This document shows positions 9,955-20,808 of a stretch of 64,000 nt of DNA, in pieces (positions within the stretch are counted from its first letter, which is position 1; each line of letters starts with the position of its first letter). This DNA is from an uncultured Chloroflexia bacterium (GTDB lineage Bacteria > Chloroflexota > Limnocylindria > QHBO01). Location of the stretch: NCBI GenBank assembly GCA_963827475.1, contig CAWHAZ010000005.1, forward strand, positions 512,001 through 576,000, read 5' to 3'. The notes under the pieces are model-generated. The model was not told the DNA's origin and did no database searches. It saw only the letters and a program-made list of their open reading frames with translations. A program made the position numbers and the translations under genes.

Positions 9955-10595
9955 GCGACCTGCGCCCGCGGCCCGCCCTCGACCTCGACCCGAACCGTGA
10001 TCGGCCGGGGCGCGATCACGCCAGCGGGACCGATCCGGACCTGGCCGACGTCCAGGCCGCGCAGCGCGACCGTCGCGCCTTCGACCGGCTCTATCGCCGG
10101 TACCTGGATCGGGTCTACAGCTACGCCTTCTACCAGTTGGGCGACCACCACGAGGCAGAGGACGTGACCGAACGCACGTTCCTCGCCGCCCTGGCCGGGA
10201 TCGACGGCTTCACCGATGAAGGGGCCACCTTCCGATCGTGGCTGTTCCGGATCGCCCACAACACGATCGCCAACGCGCACCGGTTCCGCCGCCGCCGGCG
10301 GACCGAGCCCATCTCCGACGCGCAGCACCACCACGCGCCCGGGGCGGACCCGGCCGGTGTCGTGGCTCGCGCCGACGAGGGTCGCCTCATCCGCGAGGCG
10401 CTGGCCCGCATCCCCGCCGACCGTCGCCAGGCCATCGTCCTGCGGTTCGTCGACGGTCTGTCGGCTCGCGAGATCGGGGCCGTCCTCGACCGCAGCGAGG
10501 GCGCCGCCCGGGTGCTGCTCCACCGGGCCCTGCGGGACCTTGCGAGTGAGCTCGGCCCGCGCGGCGGCGACGACGACGTGGGCGACCGGCTGTAA
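9951..10595 (+). CDS. ECF RNA polymerase sigma factor
   Basis: AFDRLYRRY, AEDVT, FRSWLFRIAHN; region 4 LSAREIGAVL..SEGAARVLLHRA. ATGA overlap with birA. Confidence 0.9.
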   Translation: MSDLRPRPALDLDPNRDRPGRDHASGTDPDLADVQAAQRDRRAFDRLYRRYLDRVYSYAFYQLGDHHEAEDVTERTFLAALAGIDGFTDEGATFRSWLFRIAHNTIANAHRFRRRRRTEPISDAQHHHAPGADPAGVVARADEGRLIREALARIPADRRQAIVLRFVDGLSAREIGAVLDRSEGAARVLLHRALRDLASELGPRGGDDDVGDRL

Positions 10596-10617
10596 CGAAT
10601 CCGGCCCGGCGGTGTTA
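10591..10617 (+). promoter_or_regulatory. Putative ECF-type promoter TGTAAC-N17-GTTA
   Basis: AAC/GTT spacing matches ECF promoter consensus; lies between sigma and anti-sigma genes. Confidence 0.5.
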
Positions 10618-10629
10618 GCCGCCATAGAG

Positions 10630-10974
10630 ATGATCATCCGCCACGCCTCCCGACCGACCGACGCCGAGCGCATCGACCAGGCCGTCACCTCCGTCCTCGA
10701 GGGATTGCCGGTCGCGGTCCCGCCAACCCTCGCCGAGGAGCTCGCCATGGCCCGGGCCCTGCGGGAAGGCCTGCATCCCATCCCACCGGGAGCGGGCTTC
10801 GAGGCAGGCCTCGCGCGCCGCCTGGAGGCAGGCGCCGTGCCCGGCGGCGACAAACTTCCGTCGTTTCTCCGCCATCACCACCGCCTGCTGGTGACCGGAG
10901 CCGTCGGCTCGTTCGTGGTCAGCACCGCGGGGATGGCCGTCGTCGCCTGGCGCATCGTCCATCGGTCGCCATGA
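10630..10974 (+). CDS. Putative anti-sigma factor, single C-terminal TM helix
   Basis: Follows ECF gene; PPGAGFEAGLARRL helix then a hydrophobic TM segment; stop overlaps accD ATG. Confidence 0.6.
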   Translation: MIIRHASRPTDAERIDQAVTSVLEGLPVAVPPTLAEELAMARALREGLHPIPPGAGFEAGLARRLEAGAVPGGDKLPSFLRHHHRLLVTGAVGSFVVSTAGMAVVAWRIVHRSP

Positions 10975-11918
10975 AGATCAAATTCCCCTTCAGCCGCCGC
11001 AGCGCCCCCGCCGACGCGTGGACCAAGTGCCCGCGCTGCGAGGGCCAGCTGTTCAACCGTCAGCTCGAACGCAACGGCCGGGTGTGCCCCACCTGCAGCC
11101 ACCACTTCCGGCTGTCTGCGCCCGAGCGGATCGAGCTCCTGGTCGACCCGGGCTCCTTCGTCGAGCGGGATGCCGGTCTGTTCAGCGGCGACCCGTTGGC
11201 CTTCGTCGACAGCAAGCCGTATCCGGAGCGGCTCGAGTCCTCCCGTGTCCGGTCCGGGCTGCCGGAGGCCGCGCTCTGGGGCATGGCTCGCATCGAGGGC
11301 CAGCCGGTGGCGCTCGGCCTGTTCGACTTCCGGTTCATGGGCGGCTCGATGGGCAGCGTCGTGGGTGAGAAGGTGGCCCGCTGCTTCGAGGGTGGCCTCG
11401 CCGAGCGCGTCCCAGTCGTCGTCGTCAGCGCCTCCGGCGGCGCCCGGATGCAGGAGGGGACGATCTCGCTGCTCCAGCTGGCGAAAACGACCGCTGCCCT
11501 GGGACGGCTGAACGAGGCCGGGATCCCGTTCATCAGCGTCCTCACCGACCCCACCACCGGTGGCGTGCTGGCCAGCTTCGCGTCGCTCGGCGACGTCATC
11601 CTCGCCGAGCCGGGGGCGCTGATCGGGTTCGCCGGGGCGCGCGTCGCCAGCGGTACGGTGGGCGAGGAGCTCCCCGAGGGCTTCCAGAGCGCGGAGCGGC
11701 TGCTGGAGCACGGGTTCGTGGACGCCGTCGTCCCGCGCGGCCAGCTGCGGACCACCGTCGCCCGTCTCCTCCGCGTCCTGCCCGTGGCCGGCCCGGCGAC
11801 GAACGGCGACGGACGCCGCGCGATCCGACCGATCGGCGCGTTGCAGGGCCTCGCTCAGCGCGTCGGCGGCGCGGTCAGCGAGCAGGCAGGCATCGACACC
11901 GAGGCACCGCCGCGATGA
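10971..11918 (+). CDS. accD: Acetyl-CoA carboxylase carboxyltransferase beta subunit
   Basis: WTKCPRC..VCPTC zinc finger, FMGGSMG, SGGARMQEG, PTTGGV. Confidence 0.96.
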   Translation: MKIKFPFSRRSAPADAWTKCPRCEGQLFNRQLERNGRVCPTCSHHFRLSAPERIELLVDPGSFVERDAGLFSGDPLAFVDSKPYPERLESSRVRSGLPEAALWGMARIEGQPVALGLFDFRFMGGSMGSVVGEKVARCFEGGLAERVPVVVVSASGGARMQEGTISLLQLAKTTAALGRLNEAGIPFISVLTDPTTGGVLASFASLGDVILAEPGALIGFAGARVASGTVGEELPEGFQSAERLLEHGFVDAVVPRGQLRTTVARLLRVLPVAGPATNGDGRRAIRPIGALQGLAQRVGGAVSEQAGIDTEAPPR

Positions 11919-12892
11919 CCGAGATGTCCGTCCAGACCACTCCGCCGGAGGTCAGCCCGGAGGCGGCCGAGGCCGCGTGGCGACGCGTCCAGCTCGCCCG
12001 TCACCCGCAGCGGCCGCGCACCCTGTCGCTCGTCGCCCAGATCTTCGACGATTTCGTCGAGCTCCACGGGGACCGTGCGTTCCGCGACGACCCGGCCATC
12101 GTCGGCGGCCCGGCGCGGCTCGACGGACGAGCGGTCATGGTCATCGGCCACCAGAAGGGGTCCGACACCGAGTCGAACATCTTCCGCAACTTCGGCTCAC
12201 CGATGCCGGAGGGCTTCCGCAAGGCACAGCGCCTGATGCGCCTGGCCGACCGGGTCGGCATGCCGCTGGTCACCTTCCTCGACACCGCCGGAGCATTCCC
12301 CGGGCCTGCGGCCGAGGAGCGCGGCCAGGCCGAGGCGATCGCGAGCTCCATCCAGCTCATGACCGGGCTGCGGGTCCCGATCGTGGTCGTCATCGTCGGC
12401 GAGGGCGGGTCCGGCGGCGCGCTGGCCATCGGCGTCGGGGACGAGGTGCTGGCCCTCGAGAACGCGGTCTACTCCGTCATCAGCCCGGAGGGGTGCGCCG
12501 CCATCCTGTGGCGATCCGCCGATGCGGCGCCCCTGGCCGCGGCGGCGATGAAGATGACGGCTGCCGAGCAGCACGAGCTGGGGATCGTGGATGGCGTCAT
12601 CGACGAGCCCGGCGAGGGGGCCCATACCGATCTCCCCGCGACCGCTGCCGCGATCAAGCGGGCGGTGATCGGTTCGGTGGCCCGCCTGGAGCGGATGGCG
12701 CCCGACGACCTGCGGGCCCGTCGCTACACGCGGCTGCGGGCGATCGGCACCGTCCTCGAGGGCGAAGCCGAAGCGCTGCGAGTCGGTCCCCCGTCGCTCA
12801 CGGCGCGCCTGGGTCGGCTGCTCGGCCTCCCCGGTGCTGTTCCCGAGCCGGCCGGGATGGACGACGAGGACCTCGACGAGGAGGGCGCATGA
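11915..12892 (+). CDS. accA: Acetyl-CoA carboxylase carboxyltransferase alpha subunit
   Basis: ARHPQRP, ELHGDR, PEGFRKAQRLM, AEERGQ, GEGGSGGALA, YSVISPEGCA. Confidence 0.96.
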   Translation: MTEMSVQTTPPEVSPEAAEAAWRRVQLARHPQRPRTLSLVAQIFDDFVELHGDRAFRDDPAIVGGPARLDGRAVMVIGHQKGSDTESNIFRNFGSPMPEGFRKAQRLMRLADRVGMPLVTFLDTAGAFPGPAAEERGQAEAIASSIQLMTGLRVPIVVVIVGEGGSGGALAIGVGDEVLALENAVYSVISPEGCAAILWRSADAAPLAAAAMKMTAAEQHELGIVDGVIDEPGEGAHTDLPATAAAIKRAVIGSVARLERMAPDDLRARRYTRLRAIGTVLEGEAEALRVGPPSLTARLGRLLGLPGAVPEPAGMDDEDLDEEGA

Positions 12893-13363
12893 CCGATTCC
12901 ACCGATCCGGCCCGCCGACATGGCGATCGCGGCCGCGGCGCTCATCCCCGCCCTCACCGAGCGGCTGCAGCGCCACGGGCTCGGCGAGATCGAGATTCGC
13001 CAGGGTGACCTCCGGGTCCGCGTCGCGGCTGCCCCGGGCGCCGATGGCGGCCGCCCGGCGTCCGGCGGCGTCGAGGTCACCGTCGACCGATCCGGGGTCG
13101 GCGTCACCGCGACCACCGGCGGCGCGGCTCCCCTCGACCCGGTCACCTCGCCGGCTGTCGGGCACTTCGTCTATGCCGACGGGCTCGGCCCCGGTCTCTC
13201 GGTGAATGCCGGCACGGAGATTGGATTCGTCGAGATGCTCGGCATCCGTCACGAGGTCCGCGCCCCCGCGGACGGCATCGTCCGCCACCTGGTCGCCGAG
13301 AGCGGGGAGCCGGTGGAGTACGGCCAGCTGCTGGTCGAGATCGACCGGGCGGCCCCCGGCTGA
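12889..13363 (+). CDS. BCCP-like biotinyl-domain protein lacking the biotinylated lysine (frameshift near 12912)
   Basis: LGEIEIRQGDLRVRV N-terminus, VTSPAVG, VEMLG where canonical BCCP has EAMK, and PVEYGQLL. Lies between accA and accC. Confidence 0.8.
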
Positions 13364-14727
13364 TGTTCGCCAAGGTCCTGATCGCCAATCGCGGTGAGAT
13401 CGCCGTCCGCATCCTGCGGACCTGCCGCGAGATGGGGATTCCGGCCGTCGTCGCCTTCAGCGAGCCGGACCGCGAGTCACTGGCCGTGCGGCTCGCTGAC
13501 GAGGCCATCTGCATCGGTCCGGCGGAGGCCCGGCGGTCGTACCTGAACCAGCCGGCGCTCATCAGCGCCGCGCTCATCACCGGCTGTGACGCCATCCACC
13601 CCGGCTACGGCTTCCTCTCTGAGGATGCGTCGTTCGCGGAAGCCTGCGCGGTCCACGATCTCGCCTTCATCGGTCCGCGGGCGCAGGTGCTGGAGCGGTT
13701 TGCCTCGAAGTACGCCGTGCGACGGATGCTGGCCGCCAACGGTCTCCCCACCGTGCCCGGCAGCACCGGGATCGTGGCCGACCTGCAGGACGCCCTGGTC
13801 CAGGCCGAGGCCGCCGGCTACCCGGTCCTCCTCAAGCCGTCGGCCGGTGGCGGCGGACGGGGCATGCGCCTCGTCCGCTCCCCGCGCGAGATGGAGACGC
13901 AGCTCCCGCTGGCGCGCTCCGAGGCCCGCGCCGCGTTCGGCGACGACTCGCTCTACTTCGAGCGTTGGATCGAGGACAACCGCCACGTGGAGGTCCAGGT
14001 CCTGATCGACAGCCACGGCAACGGGATCCACCTCGGCGAGCGGGACTGCTCGGTCCAGCGGCGGCACCAGAAGATCATCGAGGAGGGCCCATCGCCGGCC
14101 ATGGACCAGCCAGCCCGGGAGCGGCTCCGCGACCTCGCCATCCGCTCGGTGCGGGCCGCAGGCTACGAGAACGCGGGCACCCTGGAGTTCCTCCTCGACC
14201 GGGAGGGCAACTTCTACTTCATCGAGATCAACTGCCGGATCCAGGTCGAGCACCCGGTGACCGAGATGCTGACCGGGATCGACCTGGTCGCGGAGCAGAT
14301 CCGGATCGCGGCCGGCGAGCCGCTGACCATGACCCAGGAACAGGTCGCGCTGCGCGGCCACGCCATCGAGTTCCGGATCACGGCCGAGGACCCCCACGAC
14401 AACTTCGCGCCGCAGAGTGGGATGGTGTCGGAGGTGCAGCTGCCGGGAGGCGCCGGCGTGCGGGTCGACACCCATCTCTACCCCGGATACGAGATCCCGC
14501 CCTATTACGACTCGCTGCTGGCCAAGCTCATCGTGTGGGGTGAGGACCGCGCGGAGGCGTTGGCCCGTTCGCGACGGGCGCTGGCCGAGCTGCGGATCGA
14601 CGGCGTGAAGACGAACCTCCCCTTCCACCGGGCGATCGTCGACAATGCGGCCTTCGTGGACGCGGAGGTCAGCACCAGCCTGCTGGACCGCGTTGGACCC
14701 GCCGCCTTCGTCGGCGAGCCAGCCTGA
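13363..14727 (+). CDS. accC: Biotin carboxylase
   Basis: [53 protein letters not shown]. Confidence 0.97.
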   Translation: MFAKVLIANRGEIAVRILRTCREMGIPAVVAFSEPDRESLAVRLADEAICIGPAEARRSYLNQPALISAALITGCDAIHPGYGFLSEDASFAEACAVHDLAFIGPRAQVLERFASKYAVRRMLAANGLPTVPGSTGIVADLQDALVQAEAAGYPVLLKPSAGGGGRGMRLVRSPREMETQLPLARSEARAAFGDDSLYFERWIEDNRHVEVQVLIDSHGNGIHLGERDCSVQRRHQKIIEEGPSPAMDQPARERLRDLAIRSVRAAGYENAGTLEFLLDREGNFYFIEINCRIQVEHPVTEMLTGIDLVAEQIRIAAGEPLTMTQEQVALRGHAIEFRITAEDPHDNFAPQSGMVSEVQLPGGAGVRVDTHLYPGYEIPPYYDSLLAKLIVWGEDRAEALARSRRALAELRIDGVKTNLPFHRAIVDNAAFVDAEVSTSLLDRVGPAAFVGEPA

Positions 14728-14738
14728 GCGGAGGACCG

Positions 14739-15254
14739 ATGACGACCGATTCGCCCATCCCCGCCGCCCCGGACCCGAGCCTGCCGCCGCTCCCCTGGGA
14801 AGCGGCCACGATCATGCAGATCATCCCGCACCGCTACCCGTTTCTCCTCATCGACCGGGTGGTGGAGATCGATCCAGGCCGGCGGGTTGTCGCCATCCGC
14901 AACGTCACCGCCAACGAGCCCCAGTTCCGCGGCCACTTCCCCGACCGCCCGATCATGCCCGGCGTCCTGCTCGTGGAGTCCCTGGCCCAGGCGGGCTGCG
15001 TGGCCGTCCTGTCCACGCCCGAAAACCGCGGCAAGCTCGTCCTGTTCGGCGGCATCGACGAGTGCAAGTTCCGCCGCATCGTCGTCCCCGGCGACACGCT
15101 CCGCCTCGAGATCACCGTCGAGAAGCTCGGTCGCGTCTCCGGCCGCGCCCGGGCGGTGGCCTTGGTCGAGGGCGAGGTCGCCTGCGAGGCCTACCTGACG
15201 TTCATCATGCCCCGCGACCAGGATCTCGGCGGCAGCCGGGCGAGCGGTGGCTGA
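14739..15254 (+). CDS. fabZ: 3-hydroxyacyl-ACP dehydratase
   Basis: [33 protein letters not shown]. Confidence 0.95.
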   Translation: MTTDSPIPAAPDPSLPPLPWEAATIMQIIPHRYPFLLIDRVVEIDPGRRVVAIRNVTANEPQFRGHFPDRPIMPGVLLVESLAQAGCVAVLSTPENRGKLVLFGGIDECKFRRIVVPGDTLRLEITVEKLGRVSGRARAVALVEGEVACEAYLTFIMPRDQDLGGSRASGG

Positions 15255-16554
15255 CCGGGCACCAGCGCGCAGCTCCGCCGAGCGCGGGGAGCGCCGCGTG
15301 GTCATCACCGGCCTCGGGGCAGTCACGCCGCTCGGCAACGACGTGGCGACGTACTGGGACGGGCTGGTGGCCGGACGCAGCGGGATCGACCGGATCGCGA
15401 GCTTCGACCCGAGCGGCGTTCCCTCCCAGGTGGGCGGCGAGATCAAGGGCTTCGAGGCGGAGCAGTACATGGATCGCAAGGACGTCCGCCGCAACGACCG
15501 GTACGTCCACTACGCGTGGGCCGCGGCCGCGCAGGCCCTCGCCGACGCCGGCCTGCCGAACCCGATCACCGAGGACGCGGAGGCGGAGCGGGCGGGAGCG
15601 ATCGTCGCCACCGGCATCGGCGGCGTGACCTCGCTCGTGCGGGACGCCCAGGCTGCCCTGACCGAGGGCTACGACCGGGTCAGCCCGTTCAGCATCCTGA
15701 ACATGATCCCGGACACCGCCGCGGGGCACGTGGCCATCGCCGCCAACCTCCGCGGCCCGAACTACGCCACCGTCAGCGCCTGCGCCTCCTCGAACCATGG
15801 CATCGGGGAGGCGGCCGGCATCATCCGCCGCGGTGACGCGGACGTGATGGTGGCCGGCGGATCGGAGGCCGCCATCTGCGAGATGGTGGTGGCGGCGTTC
15901 TGTGCCATGCGGGCCCTGTCCACCAAGCGCAACGACGACCCGCAGCGTGCCTCGCGGCCGTTCGACGTGGATCGCGACGGCTTCGTCATCGCGGACGGTG
16001 CCGGGATGATCGTGCTGGAGGAGCTCGAGCACGCCCGCGCCCGCGGCGCCCGAATTCGCGGCGAGTTCATCGGCTACGGCGCCTCGGACGACGCGTCCCA
16101 TGTAACGCTCCCCGCGCCCGGCGGTCGGGGGGCGGTCGCCAGCATGCGCATCGCGCTGGCCGACGCGGGCCTTGAGCCCGCCGAGCTGTCCTACATCAAC
16201 GCTCACGGGACCTCGACCCCGCCCAACGACCCGGCCGAGACGACCGCCATCAAGACCGTTTTCGGCGAGGACGCGTACCGCATCCCGGTCAGCAGCACGA
16301 AATCGATGACCGGCCACCTCATGGGCGCGGGCGGCGGCATCGAGGCCGTGGCCTGCGTCCGCGCCCTCGAGACGGGCACCCTGCCCCCGACCATCAACCA
16401 CGAGCAGCCCGACCCCGAGTGCGACCTCGACTATGTCCCGAACGTCGCCCGCGAGGTCCCGATCGAGACGGCGATGAGCAACGCCTTCGGCTTCGGTGGC
16501 CACAACGCCACGCTCGTCTTCCGCCGCTGGGCCAACGGCCAGGCGGAACGCTGA
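15247..16554 (+). CDS. fabF: Beta-ketoacyl-ACP synthase II
   Basis: [40 protein letters not shown]. Confidence 0.95.
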   Translation: MADRAPARSSAERGERRVVITGLGAVTPLGNDVATYWDGLVAGRSGIDRIASFDPSGVPSQVGGEIKGFEAEQYMDRKDVRRNDRYVHYAWAAAAQALADAGLPNPITEDAEAERAGAIVATGIGGVTSLVRDAQAALTEGYDRVSPFSILNMIPDTAAGHVAIAANLRGPNYATVSACASSNHGIGEAAGIIRRGDADVMVAGGSEAAICEMVVAAFCAMRALSTKRNDDPQRASRPFDVDRDGFVIADGAGMIVLEELEHARARGARIRGEFIGYGASDDASHVTLPAPGGRGAVASMRIALADAGLEPAELSYINAHGTSTPPNDPAETTAIKTVFGEDAYRIPVSSTKSMTGHLMGAGGGIEAVACVRALETGTLPPTINHEQPDPECDLDYVPNVAREVPIETAMSNAFGFGGHNATLVFRRWANGQAER

Positions 16555-16557
16555 CCA

Positions 16558-16987
16558 ATGGCGGACGACCCCATCCTCAAGGCTGTTGACGCCCTGACCG
16601 GCCCCTTTCTGGAGAGCGGCCTCGAGGAGCTCGAGGTGGAGAGTGGTGGCATCACCGTCCGACTGGCGCGTCCCCGGGCGCCGGCCCCCGCGGCACCGAC
16701 CGGCTCATCGGCGCTCGGGAACCCCGTATGGCGAACCCGCGGCCGGGCATCGGTTCATCACCGCCCCGCTGACTGGGGTCTGGTACACCGCTCCGTCCCC
16801 CGGGGCGCGGGCCTACCTCCAGCTGAACGGGGAGGTGGCCGCCGGCCAGGTGGTCGGGCTGATCGAGGCCATGAAGCTGTTCAACGAGATCAAGTCCGAC
16901 GTGGCCGGGACCGTGAGCCGCATCCTGGCCGACAATGGGGCGCTGGTGAAGCGCCAGCAGCCGTTGTACGAGGTGCGCCTGGCATGA
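16558..16987 (+). CDS. accB: Biotin carboxyl carrier protein, canonical (frameshift near 16722)
   Basis: N-terminus LEELEVESGGITVRL in one frame; ITAPLTGVWYTAPSPG and IEAMKLFNEIKSD in the next. Confidence 0.9.
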
Positions 16988-18060
16988 CCCCGACCCGAGC
17001 CGTGATCAGCGGGTGGGGGATGTACGCCCCCGAACGGGTCATGACCAACGAGGACCTGTCGAAGATCGTCGACACCACCGACGAGTGGATCCGGACCCGG
17101 ACCGGGATCCGCGAGCGGCGGATCGCGGCCGAGGGCGAGACGACGGCCACCCTCTCCACCCTGGCGGCCCGCGACGCGCTGGCGGTGGCGGGCGTGGACG
17201 CGGCCGACGTGGATCTCGTGATCGTGGCGACGGCGAGCCCCGATTACCTCATGCCCGCCACTGGCGTCCTCGTCGCGCGCGACCTCGGCGCCACCCGCGC
17301 CGCCGGTTTCGACCTCAACGCCGCCTGTTCCGGCTTCGTGTTCGGCCTCGCCGCCGGGGCGAGCTTCGTGACCAGCGGCATGTACCGCCAGGTCCTGGTC
17401 GTGGGCGTCGACCTGCTGAGCCGCTACCTGGATTGGACCGACCGCAACACCTGCGTCCTGTTCGGCGACGGGGCGGGAGCCGTCCTGCTGTCCGCGTCCG
17501 AGGGGCCGGGCGGGCTGCTCGGCGTCCAGCTGTACAGCGACGGGACCGGGGAGCAGGGGATCATCATCCCCGGCGGCGGGACCGCCCACCCCGCGACGGA
17601 GGAGACCGTGCGCGACCGGCTGCACTTCATGCGGATGGCCGGCAAGGAGGTCTACCGCTACGCCACCCGGCAGCTGGCCGAGACCACCCAGGCCGCCGTT
17701 CGAGAGGCCGGCCTGCGGATGACCGATGTCGACCTGTTCCTCTACCACCAGGCCAACCTGCGGATCCTCGAGACGGTCCGCGACCTGCTCGGCATCCCGT
17801 CCGAGAAGGTGTTCGTCAACCTCGACCGATACGGAAACACCTCGGCCGCCTCCGTCCCCATGGCACTCGCCGAAGCGGTGGCGACCGGCCGGGTGCAGGT
17901 CGGGGACCGACTTCTGATGGGGGCATTCGGCGCGGGCTACACCGCCGGCGCGGCGGTCGTGGAGTGGACGGCGGACCCATCGCGCTTCGCGCTGGCGCCC
18001 GGCGAGCAGACGCGCGCCGGCCAGCCCCGACGCGAGCCGGTCGGCGCTGGGGTCGACTGA
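16984..18060 (+). CDS. fabH: Beta-ketoacyl-ACP synthase III
   Basis: DTTDEWIRTRTGIRERR, AACSGF, LFGDGAGA, HQANLRI, GNTSAAS. Confidence 0.95.
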   Translation: MTPTRAVISGWGMYAPERVMTNEDLSKIVDTTDEWIRTRTGIRERRIAAEGETTATLSTLAARDALAVAGVDAADVDLVIVATASPDYLMPATGVLVARDLGATRAAGFDLNAACSGFVFGLAAGASFVTSGMYRQVLVVGVDLLSRYLDWTDRNTCVLFGDGAGAVLLSASEGPGGLLGVQLYSDGTGEQGIIIPGGGTAHPATEETVRDRLHFMRMAGKEVYRYATRQLAETTQAAVREAGLRMTDVDLFLYHQANLRILETVRDLLGIPSEKVFVNLDRYGNTSAASVPMALAEAVATGRVQVGDRLLMGAFGAGYTAGAAVVEWTADPSRFALAPGEQTRAGQPRREPVGAGVD

Positions 18061-18815
18061 TGTTCGATCTGACCGGCCGGGCGGCACTGGTCACCGGCGC
18101 GAGCCGGGGAATCGGCCGCGCGATCGCGCTCGCCTTCGCCCACCAGGGGGCGGACGTGGCGGTGAACTACCGCGAGAACGCCGCCGCCGCCGAGGAGGTG
18201 GTCGAAGAGATCACGAGCCTCGGCCGACGAGCGATCGCCGTCCAGGGCAGCACGGCGGAAGGCCGGGAGGCCTGCGAGGCCATCGTCAAGGCGGCTCTCG
18301 ACGCATTCGAGAAGGTCGACATCCTCGTCAACAACGCCGGGATCACCCGTGACGACCTCATCATGCGGATGGACGCCGAGGCATGGGAAGCGGTCATCGA
18401 CACCAACCTGTCCGGGCCGTTCTGGATGACCCGCGCCGTCGCCCGACCGATGATGAAGGCCCGGCACGGGCGGATCATCAACATGTCCTCGGTCGCCGGT
18501 CGGATTGGAAACGCCGGCCAGGCGAACTACGCCTCGGCCAAGGCCGGGCTCATCGGTCTGACCAAGACCACCGCGCGTGAGCTCGCCAGCCGGAACATTA
18601 CCTGCAACGCCATCGCCCCCGGCTTCGTGGACACGGAGATCCTGGCCACCATGCCGGCCGGGGCGCTGGATGCGCTCCTCCAGCTCACACCGTTGGGGGA
18701 GATCGGGAAGGTGGAGGACGTGGCCGCCGCCGCGGTCTACCTCGCCAGCGACGAGGCCCGGTACGTCACCGGCCAGGTGCTCGGCGTGGACGGCGGCCTC
18801 GCGATGGGCAGCTGA
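18060..18815 (+). CDS. fabG: 3-oxoacyl-ACP reductase
   Basis: TGASRGIG, NNAGITRD, GNAGQANYASAKAG, VDGG. Confidence 0.95.
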   Translation: MFDLTGRAALVTGASRGIGRAIALAFAHQGADVAVNYRENAAAAEEVVEEITSLGRRAIAVQGSTAEGREACEAIVKAALDAFEKVDILVNNAGITRDDLIMRMDAEAWEAVIDTNLSGPFWMTRAVARPMMKARHGRIINMSSVAGRIGNAGQANYASAKAGLIGLTKTTARELASRNITCNAIAPGFVDTEILATMPAGALDALLQLTPLGEIGKVEDVAAAAVYLASDEARYVTGQVLGVDGGLAMGS

Positions 18816-18857
18816 CCCCAGCTGCAGGCAGTTGAGGCAGAGAGTAGGAGGGTTCCC

Positions 18858-19439
18858 ATGCTCGGTCCGGAGGTCCTGATCGGTCTGCGCTGGATCCACT
18901 TCGTGGCCGGCATCACCTGGATCGGTCTGCTGTACTGGTTCAACCTGGTCAACGTCCCGTTCCAGCGCGTGCTCGACCCGTCGCTCAAGGGCCAGGTCAA
19001 CCCGCCCCTGTTCACCCGGGCCCTGGCTTGGTTCCGCTGGTCGGCGGTGGTCACCGTGGCCGCGGGGCTGCTGCTGATCTACGGCCTGTACTGGCAGGAC
19101 GGCGACATCTTCGGCTCGAACACCGAGAAGACGATCTTCGCCGGTGGTCTCCTCGGGATCATCATGCTGGCCAACGTCTGGATGTTCATCTGGCCGAGCC
19201 AGCGTCGGGTGCTGGCCGCCATGGCCGCCGGCGAGGCGCCGAACCCGGCCTGGCCGCGCCGGGCGCTGATCGCCTCACGAGCGAACTTCGCCCTGTCGTT
19301 CCCGATGCTGTTCTTCATGGCCGGCTCGAGCCACTACCCGCTGGACTGGCCCGGCATCCTCTTGGTGGGCACCATCCTGGCCGCGCTCGGCGCGATCGTG
19401 GTCCTGACCGTGCAGAAGTACCAGGCGGCTCGGTTCTAG
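18858..19439 (+). CDS. PuuD/DUF989-like integral membrane protein
   Basis: RWIHFVAGITWIGLLYWFN, WFRWSA, IMLANVWMFIWPSQ, SRANFALSFPML. Confidence 0.7.
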   Translation: MLGPEVLIGLRWIHFVAGITWIGLLYWFNLVNVPFQRVLDPSLKGQVNPPLFTRALAWFRWSAVVTVAAGLLLIYGLYWQDGDIFGSNTEKTIFAGGLLGIIMLANVWMFIWPSQRRVLAAMAAGEAPNPAWPRRALIASRANFALSFPMLFFMAGSSHYPLDWPGILLVGTILAALGAIVVLTVQKYQAARF

Positions 19440-19454
19440 CCGCCTGGTACCCCG

Positions 19455-20636
19455 TTACTCGGTGAAGGCGAAGGTGCTCATGAAGGCGTCGAATCGGTCC
19501 TGGACCAGCGACTCCTCGCCCGGTGCCGCGATCGTGGCCAGCTGGACCTCGTATCCGTACGCGCCATAGAACAGGGGAAGGTGAAGCAGGAGGCTGTTCA
19601 CGTCGGCGTACGCGTTTCGGTACGCCACGAGGGTGCCCGTCACCGAACCCACGCCGTACGGCTGGCTGCCCGACTGGACCGCCCCGAGGGATGCCATCGT
19701 CGCGTTGGACGCCGCGGAGAACGCGTCCTGTGATGCGTGCTCCGGAGCCGGGTCCGAAAGGCTGACGGAGAACAGCTCCGAGCCATCCGGCGCGCTGAAC
19801 AGCAGCGTGCCGAAGGCAGCCTCCGAGGTCCACCCATCCGGGTAGGCGACGGTGAACGGCGCGTCAGCCGCGTCCCACTGGATCCAGACCTCGTCCGGAA
19901 CCTCGATCGCGACCGGGGAGCCAAGGTCGGTGAACTCGAAGTCGAGCGCGATCTCAGCTTCGGCGAGAGTTCCGCCTTCCAGGCCCTGGGTCCAGGTCAT
20001 CCCGATCGAAAATCCGGCGGGCGTTCCGTCCGGCTCCGCGAAGAAGGCCATCGACATCACGGCATCGGCCATGGTCGGATCGGTGAATCCGAGCGCGGCC
20101 GGATCCAGGTCGATGGGATCGGTCGGCGTCAGCTCGCGGACGGTTCGGCCGAAGTGCTGGACGGGTCCCGCATCCTCCAGGCTCTCCACGCCGCCGAGCG
20201 CCTTGGTCAGGCTCCCCCCGTCTTCGGCGTCCGGCTCGGCCATGGCCAGGACATACGGTCCGCCATCGGTGCTGGTGTAGGTCGCGTCGCCGATGGAGAT
20301 CTCGTCTGTCTGCTGGATCGTCCCGGCGACGTCCACCGCCAGAGATGAAGACGAATCGCCGCCGGAGAACCGGGCTTCGCCCTCGATCGTGCCGTCGACC
20401 GTGACCCCTTCGGTCTTCACCGAAATGGTGCCGGTGACTTCGGTCGTGCCCTCGAGATCGGGGCTCGTGATCTGGGTCACGAAGACCGTCGCCACGTCCG
20501 GGGTCGCTTCCGGCGTGGCTGCGAGACTTGGGCTGGGAGTCGACGTCACAGACGCGCAGCCAGCCAGGATTGTGGTGAACAGGAGCGCGACCCCCAGGGC
20601 CGCCGTTGATCGTGTGCTCAAGCGCCGCATTGCCAT
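19455..20636 (-). CDS. Hypothetical lipoprotein (LppX/LolA-like N-domain, PsbP-like C-domain)
   Basis: Lipobox ILAGC, GGAG RBS, beta-rich body, FTVAYPDGW and FMSTFAF motifs. Confidence 0.6.
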   Translation of the reverse strand: MAMRRLSTRSTAALGVALLFTTILAGCASVTSTPSPSLAATPEATPDVATVFVTQITSPDLEGTTEVTGTISVKTEGVTVDGTIEGEARFSGGDSSSSLAVDVAGTIQQTDEISIGDATYTSTDGGPYVLAMAEPDAEDGGSLTKALGGVESLEDAGPVQHFGRTVRELTPTDPIDLDPAALGFTDPTMADAVMSMAFFAEPDGTPAGFSIGMTWTQGLEGGTLAEAEIALDFEFTDLGSPVAIEVPDEVWIQWDAADAPFTVAYPDGWTSEAAFGTLLFSAPDGSELFSVSLSDPAPEHASQDAFSAASNATMASLGAVQSGSQPYGVGSVTGTLVAYRNAYADVNSLLLHLPLFYGAYGYEVQLATIAAPGEESLVQDRFDAFMSTFAFTE

Positions 20637-20808
20637 GGTCCTCCGTTGCGCCGGACGAAGCCGAATGGCGACGTTCCTGCGCGTTTTGAAGCACCGTAGA
20701 GGGCGCGAACTGCGGTCAGACTGCGGCCGCTCGGTTCTGATTCGTTTCTGAAACCCTGCGGCCGGGGATGACAATGCGCTGATCGTTGCCCGGGGGGAGA
20801 ATCGGCAC

